Source: Octopus sinensis (lineage: Eukaryota). From it: a DNA stretch of 64,000 nt. The DNA lies in contig NC_043003.1 in the NCBI RefSeq assembly GCF_006345805.1, positions 70,060,001 through 70,124,000 of the forward strand, in the 5' to 3' direction. Below the pieces are notes generated by a model. It did not search any database, was not told the DNA's origin, and was given only the letters and a program-made list of their open reading frames with translations. The position numbers and the translations under genes were made by a program. This document shows positions 37,564 through 49,048 of this stretch, piece after piece (the stretch's first letter is position 1; every line of letters begins with the position of its first letter).

Positions 37564-38949
37564 ATATATGTACCTATGTCTTTGTATCTGTGAATGTCCC
37601 TCACCACTACTTGACAACCAGTGTTGGTGTGTTTATGTCCCCATAACATTGCAGTTCAGCAAAAGAGACCAACAGAATAAGGACTAGGATTGAAAAAGAA
37701 AACACGTACTGAGTCGATTCAGTTGACTAAAAATTCTTCAAGGTGGTGCCCCAGCATGGCCACGGTCTAATGACTGAAACATGCGAAAGACTAAGACAAA
37801 AATCGTAGAGGAGGCCTAGAGCTTTAAAAAGAAAGGAATGATGAAAATATCTTTTGTGTTTATCCAAATGACGCTGGAAAGAAACAAATGAATTTATCTG
37901 ACAAACCAATACAAGAGAAGGAATCTTCTACATCGTTGGTTACAAGAATTCCCTTAGAATCTGCTCTGCTGGGGAGTATGAGTGTAGGTAGTAGGGGAAA
38001 TGTTGAGTTGTATTCGAGTCCAGATATTATTTCTGTTGTTATCTCATTTTATTATTATGTTAATCTACAGAGATTGCTGTAAGCTTGTGATTATCCTGCT
38101 TGTTGTCAGCCCACAACCAAGGTTATTACTATCAGCCTATTTTCACTGGTTGTTTGGTTGGTAACCAATATGTTAACAACCAACAGCAAGTTTGCACATT
38201 GTATCCACAGTTCTTCTAATTTTTGAAATTTCATTTCATTATTATTATTATTATTGTGAACTAGCAGAATTGTTAGCACGCCAGGCAAAATGCTTAGTGG
38301 CATTTCGTCCATCTTTATGTTCTGAGTTCAAATTCTGCCGAGGTCAACTTTGCCTTTCATCCTTTCAAGGTTGATAAACTAAGTACCAGTGAAACAGTGG
38401 GGTCAATGTAATTGACTAGTCCCCTCCCCACAGGCCTTGTGCTTTTATATAGAAAGGATCATTATTATTATTATTATTAAGGCAGCGACCTGGCAGAATT
38501 ATTAACACGCCGGGCAAAATGTTTGGCAGCACTTTGTCCGTCAAAACGTTCTGAGTTCAAATTTTGCCAAGATCCTTTCAGGATTGATAAATTAAGCACC
38601 AGTGACACACTGGGGTCAATGTAGTCAACTAGTCCCCTCTCCCAAAATTTCAGGCCTTGTGCCTAGAGTAGAAAGGATTATTATTATTGTAAGAAACACT
38701 AAATTATATTTTTAAAGATTTAGACACACACACACGTGTGTGTGTGTGTATTTGTAATTTGAAAGTTGACAACTGCATTGAATTTTTTCAATCCATGTTC
38801 ATCACAGTACATATATAGTGATGAATTCTCCCTTCGTCTTTGAGGTATGAAGGGTTTAACCAATATTATAGATGCTAGACTTCCCACTTAATTTGTTTTC
38901 AGTGGTGAAGACTTCTGCTTTCTCACATGTGGTAAACTTCCCAGAAAGT

Positions 38950-40440
38950 TAAAGGAAGACTTAATATGTTCCATCCGTAAAGGAGGAAGCAGAGCAGATG
39001 CTAAAAATTATAGCCCTGTGTCTCCAGCCTTACATATCAGCCAAGTCATGGAATGAATTACCAGGAGGAAGCTGATCATGTTTCTAGAAGAGAATAATTT
39101 GCTTTCAAACACCCAGCATGATTTCTTCTGCCTGGAAAGGATCTGCTCTCATTCTTGCAGCAGTATGACAGGGTGCTGAAACAACTAATGAATCGCTTAA
39201 ACATGAACGTGATATATCTTGATTTTGCAGAGGCTTTTGATAAGGTTGATCTTAGAATGATATGTCATAAACTACGAAGACTCAGCATAGTCAGAAAATT
39301 ACATGAAGCCAGGCTGTAACAGCCAACAAAGCTCTCTCTCCAAAGAGACATTAATAATGAGAGCAGTGTTTCAGGAACTGTCTTGGCACTGCTGCTGTTT
39401 GTGGTGACTCTCTTGGGCATGCCATGAGTTATATTGGCAGCCATTCTTACTAGCTATAAAGTGATACTACAAAAATAGCACAAGCAATCAAGAATCCTCT
39501 TGATTTTAATCTTCTACAGAAAGGTCTTGATGCCATATATAAATGGGCTGAAAAAAAAACAACATTCAATTTAATGCAGGAAAATTCCACGCCTTTTGTT
39601 ATCAACCAGCTTGTGTCGACCTATTGCATTAAAGATATTTCAAACCAGAAAGAACGGTAATCCCAGACTCAAACTTAGGACAGGGAATTGATATAGGCAA
39701 CATTTCATGTACATATCCCAAAGATGGTGGCACTGTGCAGGAAAATGGCATGAAGGAGTCTGAGAACTTTCAGAACAAAGGACCAGGAAACTGTGGTGGT
39801 CCTACAGAGGATATTTGTCTTCAGTCATTAGGACTACTGCTCTCAACTATGAACACCCTACAATGTGAAATTAATTGTGGAACTCAAGGCAATTCAACAG
39901 TGCTACACCAAGAAGATTGCTTCAGAGAGATGTGAGCTACTGAGAGAGGTTGAAAGAATAATAAGTTTATTTCTTGGGATGAAGATGGGAAAGATATGCA
40001 GTGATATACACGTGGAGGATTCTAAGGGCTGGCACCAAACCTTGGCATCTAGGGTTATACCGACTCACAAATAAGATGTCATTGTACAGTGCCAAAGGTG
40101 CTAACCATCCAGCTAGTGTAATGACCAGTAAATGCAACCCTGCAATAGCTTGGGATTTAAGAGCCCCACACCTATTTAATATGTTACCAAAATTTATTTA
40201 TGTTACCAAAAAATCTGAGAGATCTACATGGAATGGGGGTAGATGTTTTCAAGAAGCACTTTGAGCCTCTGATCCAGATCCCAGATGAGCCTATATCATA
40301 GCAAGAAATTCAAATGAGAGGAGCAATATCAAGGTCCTACATTCATCAAAACCCAACCACATGAAAATGGCTATTGAAGAGGTGATAATAAGGGTGGTAC
40401 CCCAGCATGAACACAACCTATGGGCAGGGACACATAAAGG
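38950..40440 (+). mobile_element. Old, heavily degenerate CR1-clade LINE 3' part
   Basis: KNYSPVS, FLEENNLLSNTQHDF, VIYLDFAEAFDKVD and RAPHLFNMLPK motifs; ends in a ggtaccccagcatg tail. Confidence 0.8.
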
Positions 40441-41073
40441 AAAATACATACATGTATGTGCAGCTTTGTTGTTAGGAAGTTCACTTCCCAATGATATGGT
40501 TCCAGGTTCAAACCCACTGTGTGGTACCTTAAACAAGGTATCTTGTACTATAACCCTAGGCTGACCAATGGATTTTGTAGAAGAAACTGAAAGTAACCCA
40601 TTGAATATGTGTGTGTGTGTGTGTTTGGCAACCAGTGTTAGATTCTTAGTAGTTTGGCAAAAGAAACTGATAGAATAAGGATCGGGCTTAAGAAAAGTAC
40701 TGGGGTTAATCTTTTAGACTAATCTTTAATTCTTCAAGGAGGTGCTCCAGCATGGCTACAGTCCAATAATTGAAACAAGTAAAAGATAAACGATACGTAT
40801 GTATTTGGTGCTGGTGCCACATAAAGAGCACCCAGTCCACTCTGTAAAGTGGTTGGCATTAGGAAGGGCATCTAGCTGTAGAAACCATGCCAAACCAGAC
40901 AACAGAATCTGGTATGGCTCCTGACCTTGTCAGCTCCTGCCAAACCAACTAACTCATACCAACATAATATGGTGTATAAGATTATAAAATATATTTTGTG
41001 GATGTACAAGTCTCCATACTCTTTATTATTAACAACAACAACAACAATAATGATTTTTTTTAATAGTTATCAA

Positions 41074-41111
<38 letters not shown>

Positions 41112-41117
41112 GTATAT

Positions 41118-41404
41118 ATCACATGACCGACCAGACCATCAGACGTTGTTACACATCGCTGGTCACAATGCGTTCGCATTGTTTTAGCCTTCGAATGACG
41201 CCACCCCGCTGGCTAAGCAAGCAGGTCAACAGAAGAAAGAGTGGTGAAAGAGTACAGCAGGGATCACCACCCCCTGCCGGAGCCTCGTGGAGCTTTTAGG
41301 TGTTTTCGCTCAATAAACACTCACAACGCCCGGTCTGGGAATCGAAACCGCGATCCTGCGACCGCGAGTCCACTGCCCTAACCACTAGGCCATTGCGCCT
41401 CCAC
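41118..41404 (-). mobile_element. tRNA-derived SINE, family S4 (TCG loop suggests tRNA-Arg origin); degenerate copy at about 34140-34400(+), and a same-head, different-tail copy at 47305-47611(-)
   Basis: ggcgcaaTGGCCTAGTGGttagggcagtggacTCGcggtc...GGTTTCGATTCCcagacc; CpGs intact, so probably young. Confidence 0.8.
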
Positions 41405-42339
41405 ATATGTATAAATAGGTATATATAAATATATAGGTATATACCTGTATATATATGTCTGTCTATATATATATATATACATATATACATGTATGCAGGA
41501 CTTACCTTTGGCTACCTTTCAGACATGCATGCTGAAATATGCACAGAGAAGATAAGCTGGTCTTCGTCCCCCAACATTGATCCAAATTCTGTCTCACTGG
41601 CCCTCACCTGTATTAATTTAACTTAACTAGATTTAATTTAATTTAACTTGATTAATTTATTTAACCTGATCTAATTTAACTGATGCTGGCTCCATCTCTC
41701 CTTTCTCCTGTCATTCTCTTTGTTAACACTTATGAATTTGCTTTGATGTTTACTTATCTGCAATGTGCCCACCCTTTCCCACCCCCACCACCTATACTGG
41801 AAATCTCTCTTCTGAACTGGAACCTCTCATGGCAACCCTTCCTCTGCCACCACCACCACCACCACCATCCCCCCTGTAGTGTCACCCACATTGCTGCAAC
41901 ACAAACGCTGTACCTTGTTACTTCACCCCCAAAGAAAACAAAACTAACCATGACCATGCGGTACTTAGTTTATTGCTTAGTCAATTAGCCAACTAATTAT
42001 ATGTAATGAATTAATTGCCCTACTCTTATTTATTTGTTTAACTTATTTAATTTGATTAATTGTATTTGTACTAACACCTATTGTACTAAAGGGGGAGCAG
42101 CGAATGTAATATGAATGATGTAATATGAATGATGGGAGATTGAATGTAATATGAATGATGGGAGATTAAATGCAAGGATACCTATTATGACATGTCTGTT
42201 TGCAAATGCATTTTAGAATCTTCCTTTTAGGTGCCAAAAGCCGCAGATCCCCCACCTCATCTTACCTCCTGTTTCCCCATACATCCCTTCAGAGTTGGCA
42301 TTGCCAGTATAGGCATTTTGAAAGGTAAGTCTGGTCAGA

Positions 42340-42960
42340 TTGTTGAGACGCTTGAATGGAGATATGTGGAAGGAACCTGTTGAAGAGGTAGACTCAGGAA
42401 GACATGGGACCAGGTGGTGAAGCATTACCTTCAAATGTTGGGTCTTATGAAGGAGATGACAAGTGATCGTAACCTTTGATGATTTGCTGTGCTTGAAAAG
42501 ATTTCTCAAGTGAAATATTAGTTGTGGCCAGTGTCAGTGACATGTAAAAAGTACCCACTATATTCTTGGAGTGGTTGACTTTAGGAAGGGCATCCAGCTG
42601 TAGAAAGCAAGACAAAGTCAGACTGGATCCTGATGCAGCTCTGCAGCTTACCATTTCCTGCCAAGCCATCTAATCTATACCAGCATGGAAAGCAGACGTT
42701 AAATGATGATGATGATGATGATGATGATGATGCCTGATGATAATGATACACAATGAGCATACCAGAAAGAGATTCTCTTAAATGCCCAGATGGTTCACAT
42801 GAAGTAGTTGATAGTTTTTGCTTCCAAATTAGCCAGGTAAATGGTGGCTCTGAAAGTATAGTAGGCAAGATAAGAACATTCTGGAAAAAGTTCACAGAAC
42901 TTCTGCTGTTGCTACTGGCAACAAAGGTCTACAACCCCAGAGTGAAGAGCAAAGTGTAGA
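42340..42960 (+). mobile_element. Rearranged RTE pieces: ORF2 end plus 3' UTR (42340-42735), followed by an RT-thumb fragment (42750-42960)
   Basis: RGRLRKTWDQVVKH and EVVDSFCF...WKKFTELL, matching the RTE at 6203-8089. Confidence 0.75.
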
Positions 42961-43567
42961 TAGTTTACCCTTGTTTGTCATTGAACTACAGCTATTCTGG
43001 AGCAGCACCTCAAATGGTTTGGTCGAACAAATTGATCTCAGTTCATACTGTCACATCTGCTGCTTATTCTGTTGGTCTCTTATGGGATGTAAACAAACCA
43101 ATGCCAGTTGTCAAGTGGTGGTGAGTGGGGACAAACACAAGGCCACACACATATTCATTTTATAATCATGTTGCAGTCTGCCAGAATCTATGCACATATT
43201 TCCTTTCATGTGGACATGATCAGAACATCTTGCTTTTGCAGTTTAGATGTCTGAGTGAAGAGAGTTCTTTGTAATTCTTTTCTCTGTCAGGTATAGCTTG
43301 CACTTCCTATTGCTTTCAAAGTAAGACTTCCACCACTCCAGAATTCTCCACTTGATGCTGTAATCCATGGTGCTTTCCTTCAGGGGCCAACATCCCACCA
43401 CAGAAAATAGATTTATCAAAAATTTTTATCCAATTGATGCCCAATCAGAATGCAGATGTAAAAAATGAAATGAAGCAAAATGATTTAAAACAATATACTA
43501 ACTTATCTCTATAAGAATCAACATTTTGCCTTATGAAAAATAAAATTATATTTTACCTTTATATATA

Positions 43568-43865
43568 ACTAGCAGTATCACCCAGCATTGCTCGGGTTTG
43601 TAAGGGAAATAACTATATAAGCATTTTAGAGAGTTACTTCCCTTATATAAACCAAGCAAAAAATGCGAAAAAATGATGGTAAATTTTTTTATCATCATAG
43701 ACTCATCGTAGACACGCACTAATACCCAGAAGGGCTCGTTATGAATCACGACTATAAGATACCCGCTTTTGGTTAAACTGTACCGCAAAATGTGGGAGTA
43801 GTTAGGAATCTAAATCGGAGGAGACAGACTCTCACACACACAACTTCAGTTTTATATATAAAGAT
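43568..43865 (+). mobile_element. Non-autonomous Helitron/Helentron-like element (Lep1/DINE-like architecture)
   Basis: 5' ACTAGC followed by a cccagc...gctcggg hairpin; 3' acagac/(CA)n followed by ttttatatataaagat. Confidence 0.6.
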
Positions 43866-44365
43866 TAATTTTTCTCAAGTAATGAACAATTGAAGATTAT
43901 TTTTTATTTCAATTTTGATTTGGGTTTGTTACTTACTCCAAGCCATTTCACATTACATGTTCTGAAGAGTCAAAAGACGAAAGTCTAATAAAATAGAATT
44001 TCTGAATTTGTTCTTCTTTATTTTTCATTTATTCTATTATTGGGTACAGAAATGGCTGTGTGGTTAAGAAGCCTGCTTTGAATTCACATAGTTTTAGGTT
44101 CAGTCCCACCTAAAGAAGTGTCTTCTACTTTAACCTAGTGCCTTGTAAGTGGATTTAATAGATGGGAACTAGGAGAGACCCATTGTATATATGTATACTA
44201 TATATTTGTGTGTGTGTGTGTGTGTACCTACCTTTGTTTAGACATCACACTATGGTTGTAAATGAGCATCACTGTCATACAAGCGAGGTTGTCATACCCT
44301 GGTTACTATACATGCGAGGTTGTTTGTTTCTGGTCTTCCGGGAAAAACATATATGTAACCATAAG

Positions 44366-44605
44366 CACTCACTCCTTCATTTCCTCCCTCCCTCACTCTA
44401 TCACTCATTCATTCACTCCCTCTATCACTCACTCCCCCTCCCCCTTCCTCACTCCCTCCCTCCTTCATTCACTCACTCCCTCACTCATTCCTTCACTCCC
44501 TTACTCCCTCCCTCACTCCTTCATTCACTCCCTCCCTCCCTCCCTCACCCCCATTTACTCCCTCACTCACTCAGGCCTTCACTCACTCACTCCTTCACTC
44601 ACACA
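44366..44605. repeat. Pyrimidine-rich (CACT/CCCT/CATT)n tract
   Basis: Direct reading. Confidence 0.9.
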
Positions 44606-45520
44606 AACCTTTGTTATGCGGCCAAGTTATGAAATACTTTCCCCATTTTATTTTCCAATTGCAAACTTCCACGGTTTAATAAGACATATTTTGTTAACTG
44701 CTTTTATCAGATTACTTGGAGTCAGCTTTCTACTCGTGCTGCTTAAATTATTACTATATTTAACTGTTTTAGCTTTTGCTAGACTTACAAAGATATTTTG
44801 CCAATGTTATGAAATCGAAATCTTTATTATCTTTGGCAATTTTGATTGCTTGTGTCTTCATCATTGTTTAAAGTTGTGGTCACAAGATATGATTGAGGCA
44901 TCACATAGCTACAAGTAGCCCAGACATTTAAATTAGAGACATGATGTATTTATTTACATTCTTCCACTTCTCAATATATATCTTTCCTTCTTATCTGGAA
45001 ACCAATGTTCAATGAAATAAAACTTGGCAAGCTTCTTCTTGTTCCAATCTAGGAAGAAGTAATAATAATAAAACAAAAACATTTCTAGACAGAAATGTAT
45101 AGCTTACTGAATTTCTTAAGACTGATTTTAAGTTTAAGACTTTTATTTTTAGTTCTTGAAATATTTGTTCTTGTGGCTGTGTGGTAAGTAGCTTGCTTAC
45201 GAACCACATGGTTCCAGGTTCAATCCCTCTGCGCATGGCACCTTGGGCAAGTGTCTTCTACTATAGCCTTGTGCCGACCAAAGCCTTGTGAGTGGATTTG
45301 GTAGATGGAAACTGAAAGAAGCCCATCATATGTATGTATATATGTATGTGTAGATGTTTTTAATTGCAATGCAATTAACTTATTTATTGTATTAAATGGG
45401 TGAAGGTAAATATATATTTTACCATTAATTTATAATACAAATAAGGAAATGGAGAAACAATTTAGTTAGTTCATCAGCTTTGGATATTAGAATGTTGACT
45501 TAGATAAGACTTATATATAT

Positions 45521-45554
<34 letters not shown>

Positions 45555-45564
45555 ATATATATCG

Positions 45565-46305
45565 AATTCAACAATCGAATTGAACCAGCCAGGATCCCTG
45601 GTCTGGTGGTACGTAAAAAGCACTATCCGACTCGTGGCCGATGCCAGCGCCGCCTCCACTGGCTTCCGTGCCGGTGGCACGTAAAATACACCAATCTGAC
45701 CGTACAACAGGCACCCATGCCAACCCCCTTGCTTGCGAAGACATGTTGGGGCAAGCGAAATCGAATTGAACCAGCCAGGTTCCCTGGTCTGGTGGTACGT
45801 AAAAAGCACTATCCGACTCGTGGCCGATGCCAGCGCCGCCTCCTCACTGGCTTCCGTGCCGGTGGCACGTAAAATACACCAATCTGACCGTACAACAGGC
45901 GCCATGCCAACCCCCTTGCTTGCGAAGACATGTTGGGGCAAGCGAAATCGAAATCAAATTGAACCAGGCAGGATCCCTGGTCTGGTGGTACGTAAAAAGC
46001 ACCATCCGACTCGTGGCCGATGCCAGCACCGCCTCGTCTGGCTTCCGTGCCGGTGGCACATAAATACACCAATCCGACCGTGGCCGTTGCCAGCCTCGCC
46101 TGGCCCTGTGCAGGTGGCACGTAAAAAGCACCCACTACACTCACGGAGTGGTTGGCGTTAGGAAGGGCATCCAGCTGTAGAAACACTGCCAGATAAGACT
46201 GGAGCCTGGTGCAGCCTTCTGGCTTCCCAGATCCCCGGTCGAACCGTCCAACCCATGCTAGCATGGAGAATGGACGTTAAACGATGATGATGATGATGAT
46301 GATGA
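45565..46305 (+). mobile_element. RTE 3'-UTR copy with tandem amplification of a roughly 186-193 bp block (two full units and one partial)
   Basis: tc(g/a)aattgaacc...ggcaagcgaaa units start at 45575, 45761 and about 45954, then the standard tail. Confidence 0.88.
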
Positions 46306-48845
46306 TGATATATATATATATAAGACCCATCAAGCCAAGTAAAACTGCAGTTGTGGTAGATACTGGTGTCATGCAAATGACACCCATGCCAGTGGCTTGT
46401 AAAAGCACCCTTACACTCTTGGAGTGGTTGGCATTACGAAGGGCATCGAGCCATAGAAACCACGCCAAATCAGACTGGAGTCTGATACAGCCTTCCAGCT
46501 TGCCAGCCCTAGTCAAACCGTTCAACCCATACCAGCATGAATAAAAGACATTAAATGATGATGATGATGATAATATATATATATATATATAAAGAAAGAG
46601 AGAGAGGGAGAGAGATGTGTATTTGTGAAATAAATACAAAGACATACACACATATATGATAGGCATCTTTCAGTTTCCATCTACCAAATTCACTCATAGC
46701 GCATTGGTTGGCCTGGGGCTATAGTAGGAGATACTTGCCCAAGGTGCCACACAGTAGGACTGAACCTGAAGGTATGTGACTGCAGAGCCACCTTCTGAAC
46801 CACACAACCATTCCTCTGCCTATGATGTGAATATTTAATTGATTTTGTATTTTAAATCTGTTGTTGTTTCGCCCCAATTTAGCCATGATTGAGCAGATGT
46901 ACAATCAAAGGTAATCCATTCATGACCATCCCAGTTTTGTTATAGCTAGGTATACATAGTTCAATGTGTCCTTTTTAAGACAGCAGATATGAAGAAATTT
47001 GACTGCAATCTGGCAAGTCATTGAATGACCACTTAGAAGCCCTTTCCTTGGCTCCCTCCCTTCCAGTTCATCTCATAGAGGTTCACTGATGTCGATATGC
47101 ATGTTATTTTTTCATCTATTTTAGTTCATCTTTTCTATTCTTTTTCTTTTACTTGCTTCAATCATTAGACTGCAGATCATGCAGGAGCAACACCTTGAAG
47201 GATTTTAATTGTATAGATCAAACCAAGTACTTTTTCTATTTTGTAAAACGTTGCACACTTATTCTTATCGGTTTCTCTTGCTGAAATGCTAAGTTTATTG
47301 TTATTGTTTGTTCCTTTCTTCTCGCCCATGCCTGGCTCATAAGGGCCAGTTTCCCGATTTCCTTGGCGTATAGGTACCCCACATGGATAGGATGCCGGTC
47401 CATCGCAGGTGAGCTGCTAGATGCAGGAGAAAAGAGAGAGAGAAAGTTGTGGCAAACGAGTCAGCAGAAGTTTGCCATTACCTTCTGCCAGAGCTGCTTG
47501 GAGCTTAGGTATTACACTCATAAACACACACATCACCCAGACTGAGATTTCAAACCTGCGATCCCTCGACCGTGAGTCTGCTGCTCTAACCACTAGGCCA
47601 TGTGCCTCCACGAACTGCTAAATTATGGGACATAAAACACACTGATGCTAGTTGTCAGGCAGTATGGGGGACAGACAGACACACACACACACATCAGATA
47701 GACTTCCATGCAGTTTTTATTTACCAAATCCACTCATGAGGCTTTGGTTGGCCCAAAGCTATAATAGAAGACACTTGCCCACAGTGCCAAGCAGTGGGAC
47801 TGAACCTGGAACCATGTGGTTGGGAAGCAAGCTTCTTAACACACAGCCACACCTGCACCTATATTTTCATTTTATTGGTCCAACCCACACAAGCTTGAAA
47901 TACAGGCACGAAATGATGATGATGGTTGCTTAAAATATTTAACACCTCTCACTTAGGATGTCTTCTTTGTTTTTCAGCAGGAAAGAAAAGAAAATGAAAC
48001 CGGTTTTTCTTGATTAATTCCAAGACTAATTAAGCTATTTTTATGTATGAAAGGACGGTCAAAATGAATTAACAGATGTTATTGCCAGCAACATGGTTCA
48101 ATTAATTCCAAATATTTCACCGTTAGTGAGACAACAGTGTTAGTAATAATAATAATGATAACAATGATAATAATAATTGATCCATCATGCCCATTTGATT
48201 CTAGGATTGTTAAGTAAGAAGATGTAAAAAGAAAATACAATCCCTTAAAATTTGAAATTGCTAGTATTTGGAATATGAAAACTAAAGGTTGTGCTGACAT
48301 AAATTTGACCAAGAATTTGACAAACCTCAGTCAATGAACAACGACAACAACAGCATTAATAATAATCCTTTCCACTATAGGCACAAGGCCTGAAAAATTC
48401 TACTAAAGGCACAAGGGGAGTAGTTGATTACATCGACCCCACTGATACTTAATTTATCAACCCTGAAAAGATAAAAGGCAAAGTCGACCTCGGTGGAATT
48501 TGAACTCAGAAGGTAGTGACAGGTGAAATACTGCTAAGCATTTCATCCAGCATGCTAACGATTCTGCTCACTCAACATCTTAATAATAATAATAATAATA
48601 GTAGTAGTAGTTTAAAAATTTGGTGCAAAGCCAGTAATTTTGGAGGTGGGGGATAAATTAATTACACCAACCCCAGTTATCAATTGGTACTAATTGAACC
48701 TAAAAGGATGAGAGCAAAGTCAGTCTCAGTGGAATTTGAACTCAGAATGTAAAAACGACATGGAAAATAATCAGTGACAAGAGTAAGTACCATATAAAGG
48801 TACGATACATTTTGCAAGTGTCACTTGTGCAAGACTCACTTGCAG

Positions 48846-49048
48846 CCGTTCAAGAATTTGGACCTGGAGATCTCTATTTCCAGCGACTTCAAGGGCCACT
48901 TCCCAGTGGTGTTGAGCGTCAACGAAGAGCCCTCGACTACAACAAGACGACCAAAGTTTTTTTTTTTCCAAGGTGTGGGCTCTCCCGCCCCTAAGCCCTA
49001 GACCATCACCTAATCACCCTTACCCATCTTGTTGCTTAACAACAACAA
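48846..49048 (+). mobile_element. 203-bp 5'-truncated retroposon with (AAC)n tail and 16-bp target-site duplication
   Basis: caagactcacttgcag at 48830-48845 and 49049-49064. Confidence 0.8.

Noticed and set aside
41506-41607. Selenoprotein reading of the 102-bp minus-strand segment (two in-frame TGAs)
   Set aside because: No Cys/Sec redox motif, no resemblance to selenoprotein families I know, and no SECIS identified; more likely non-coding or chance.
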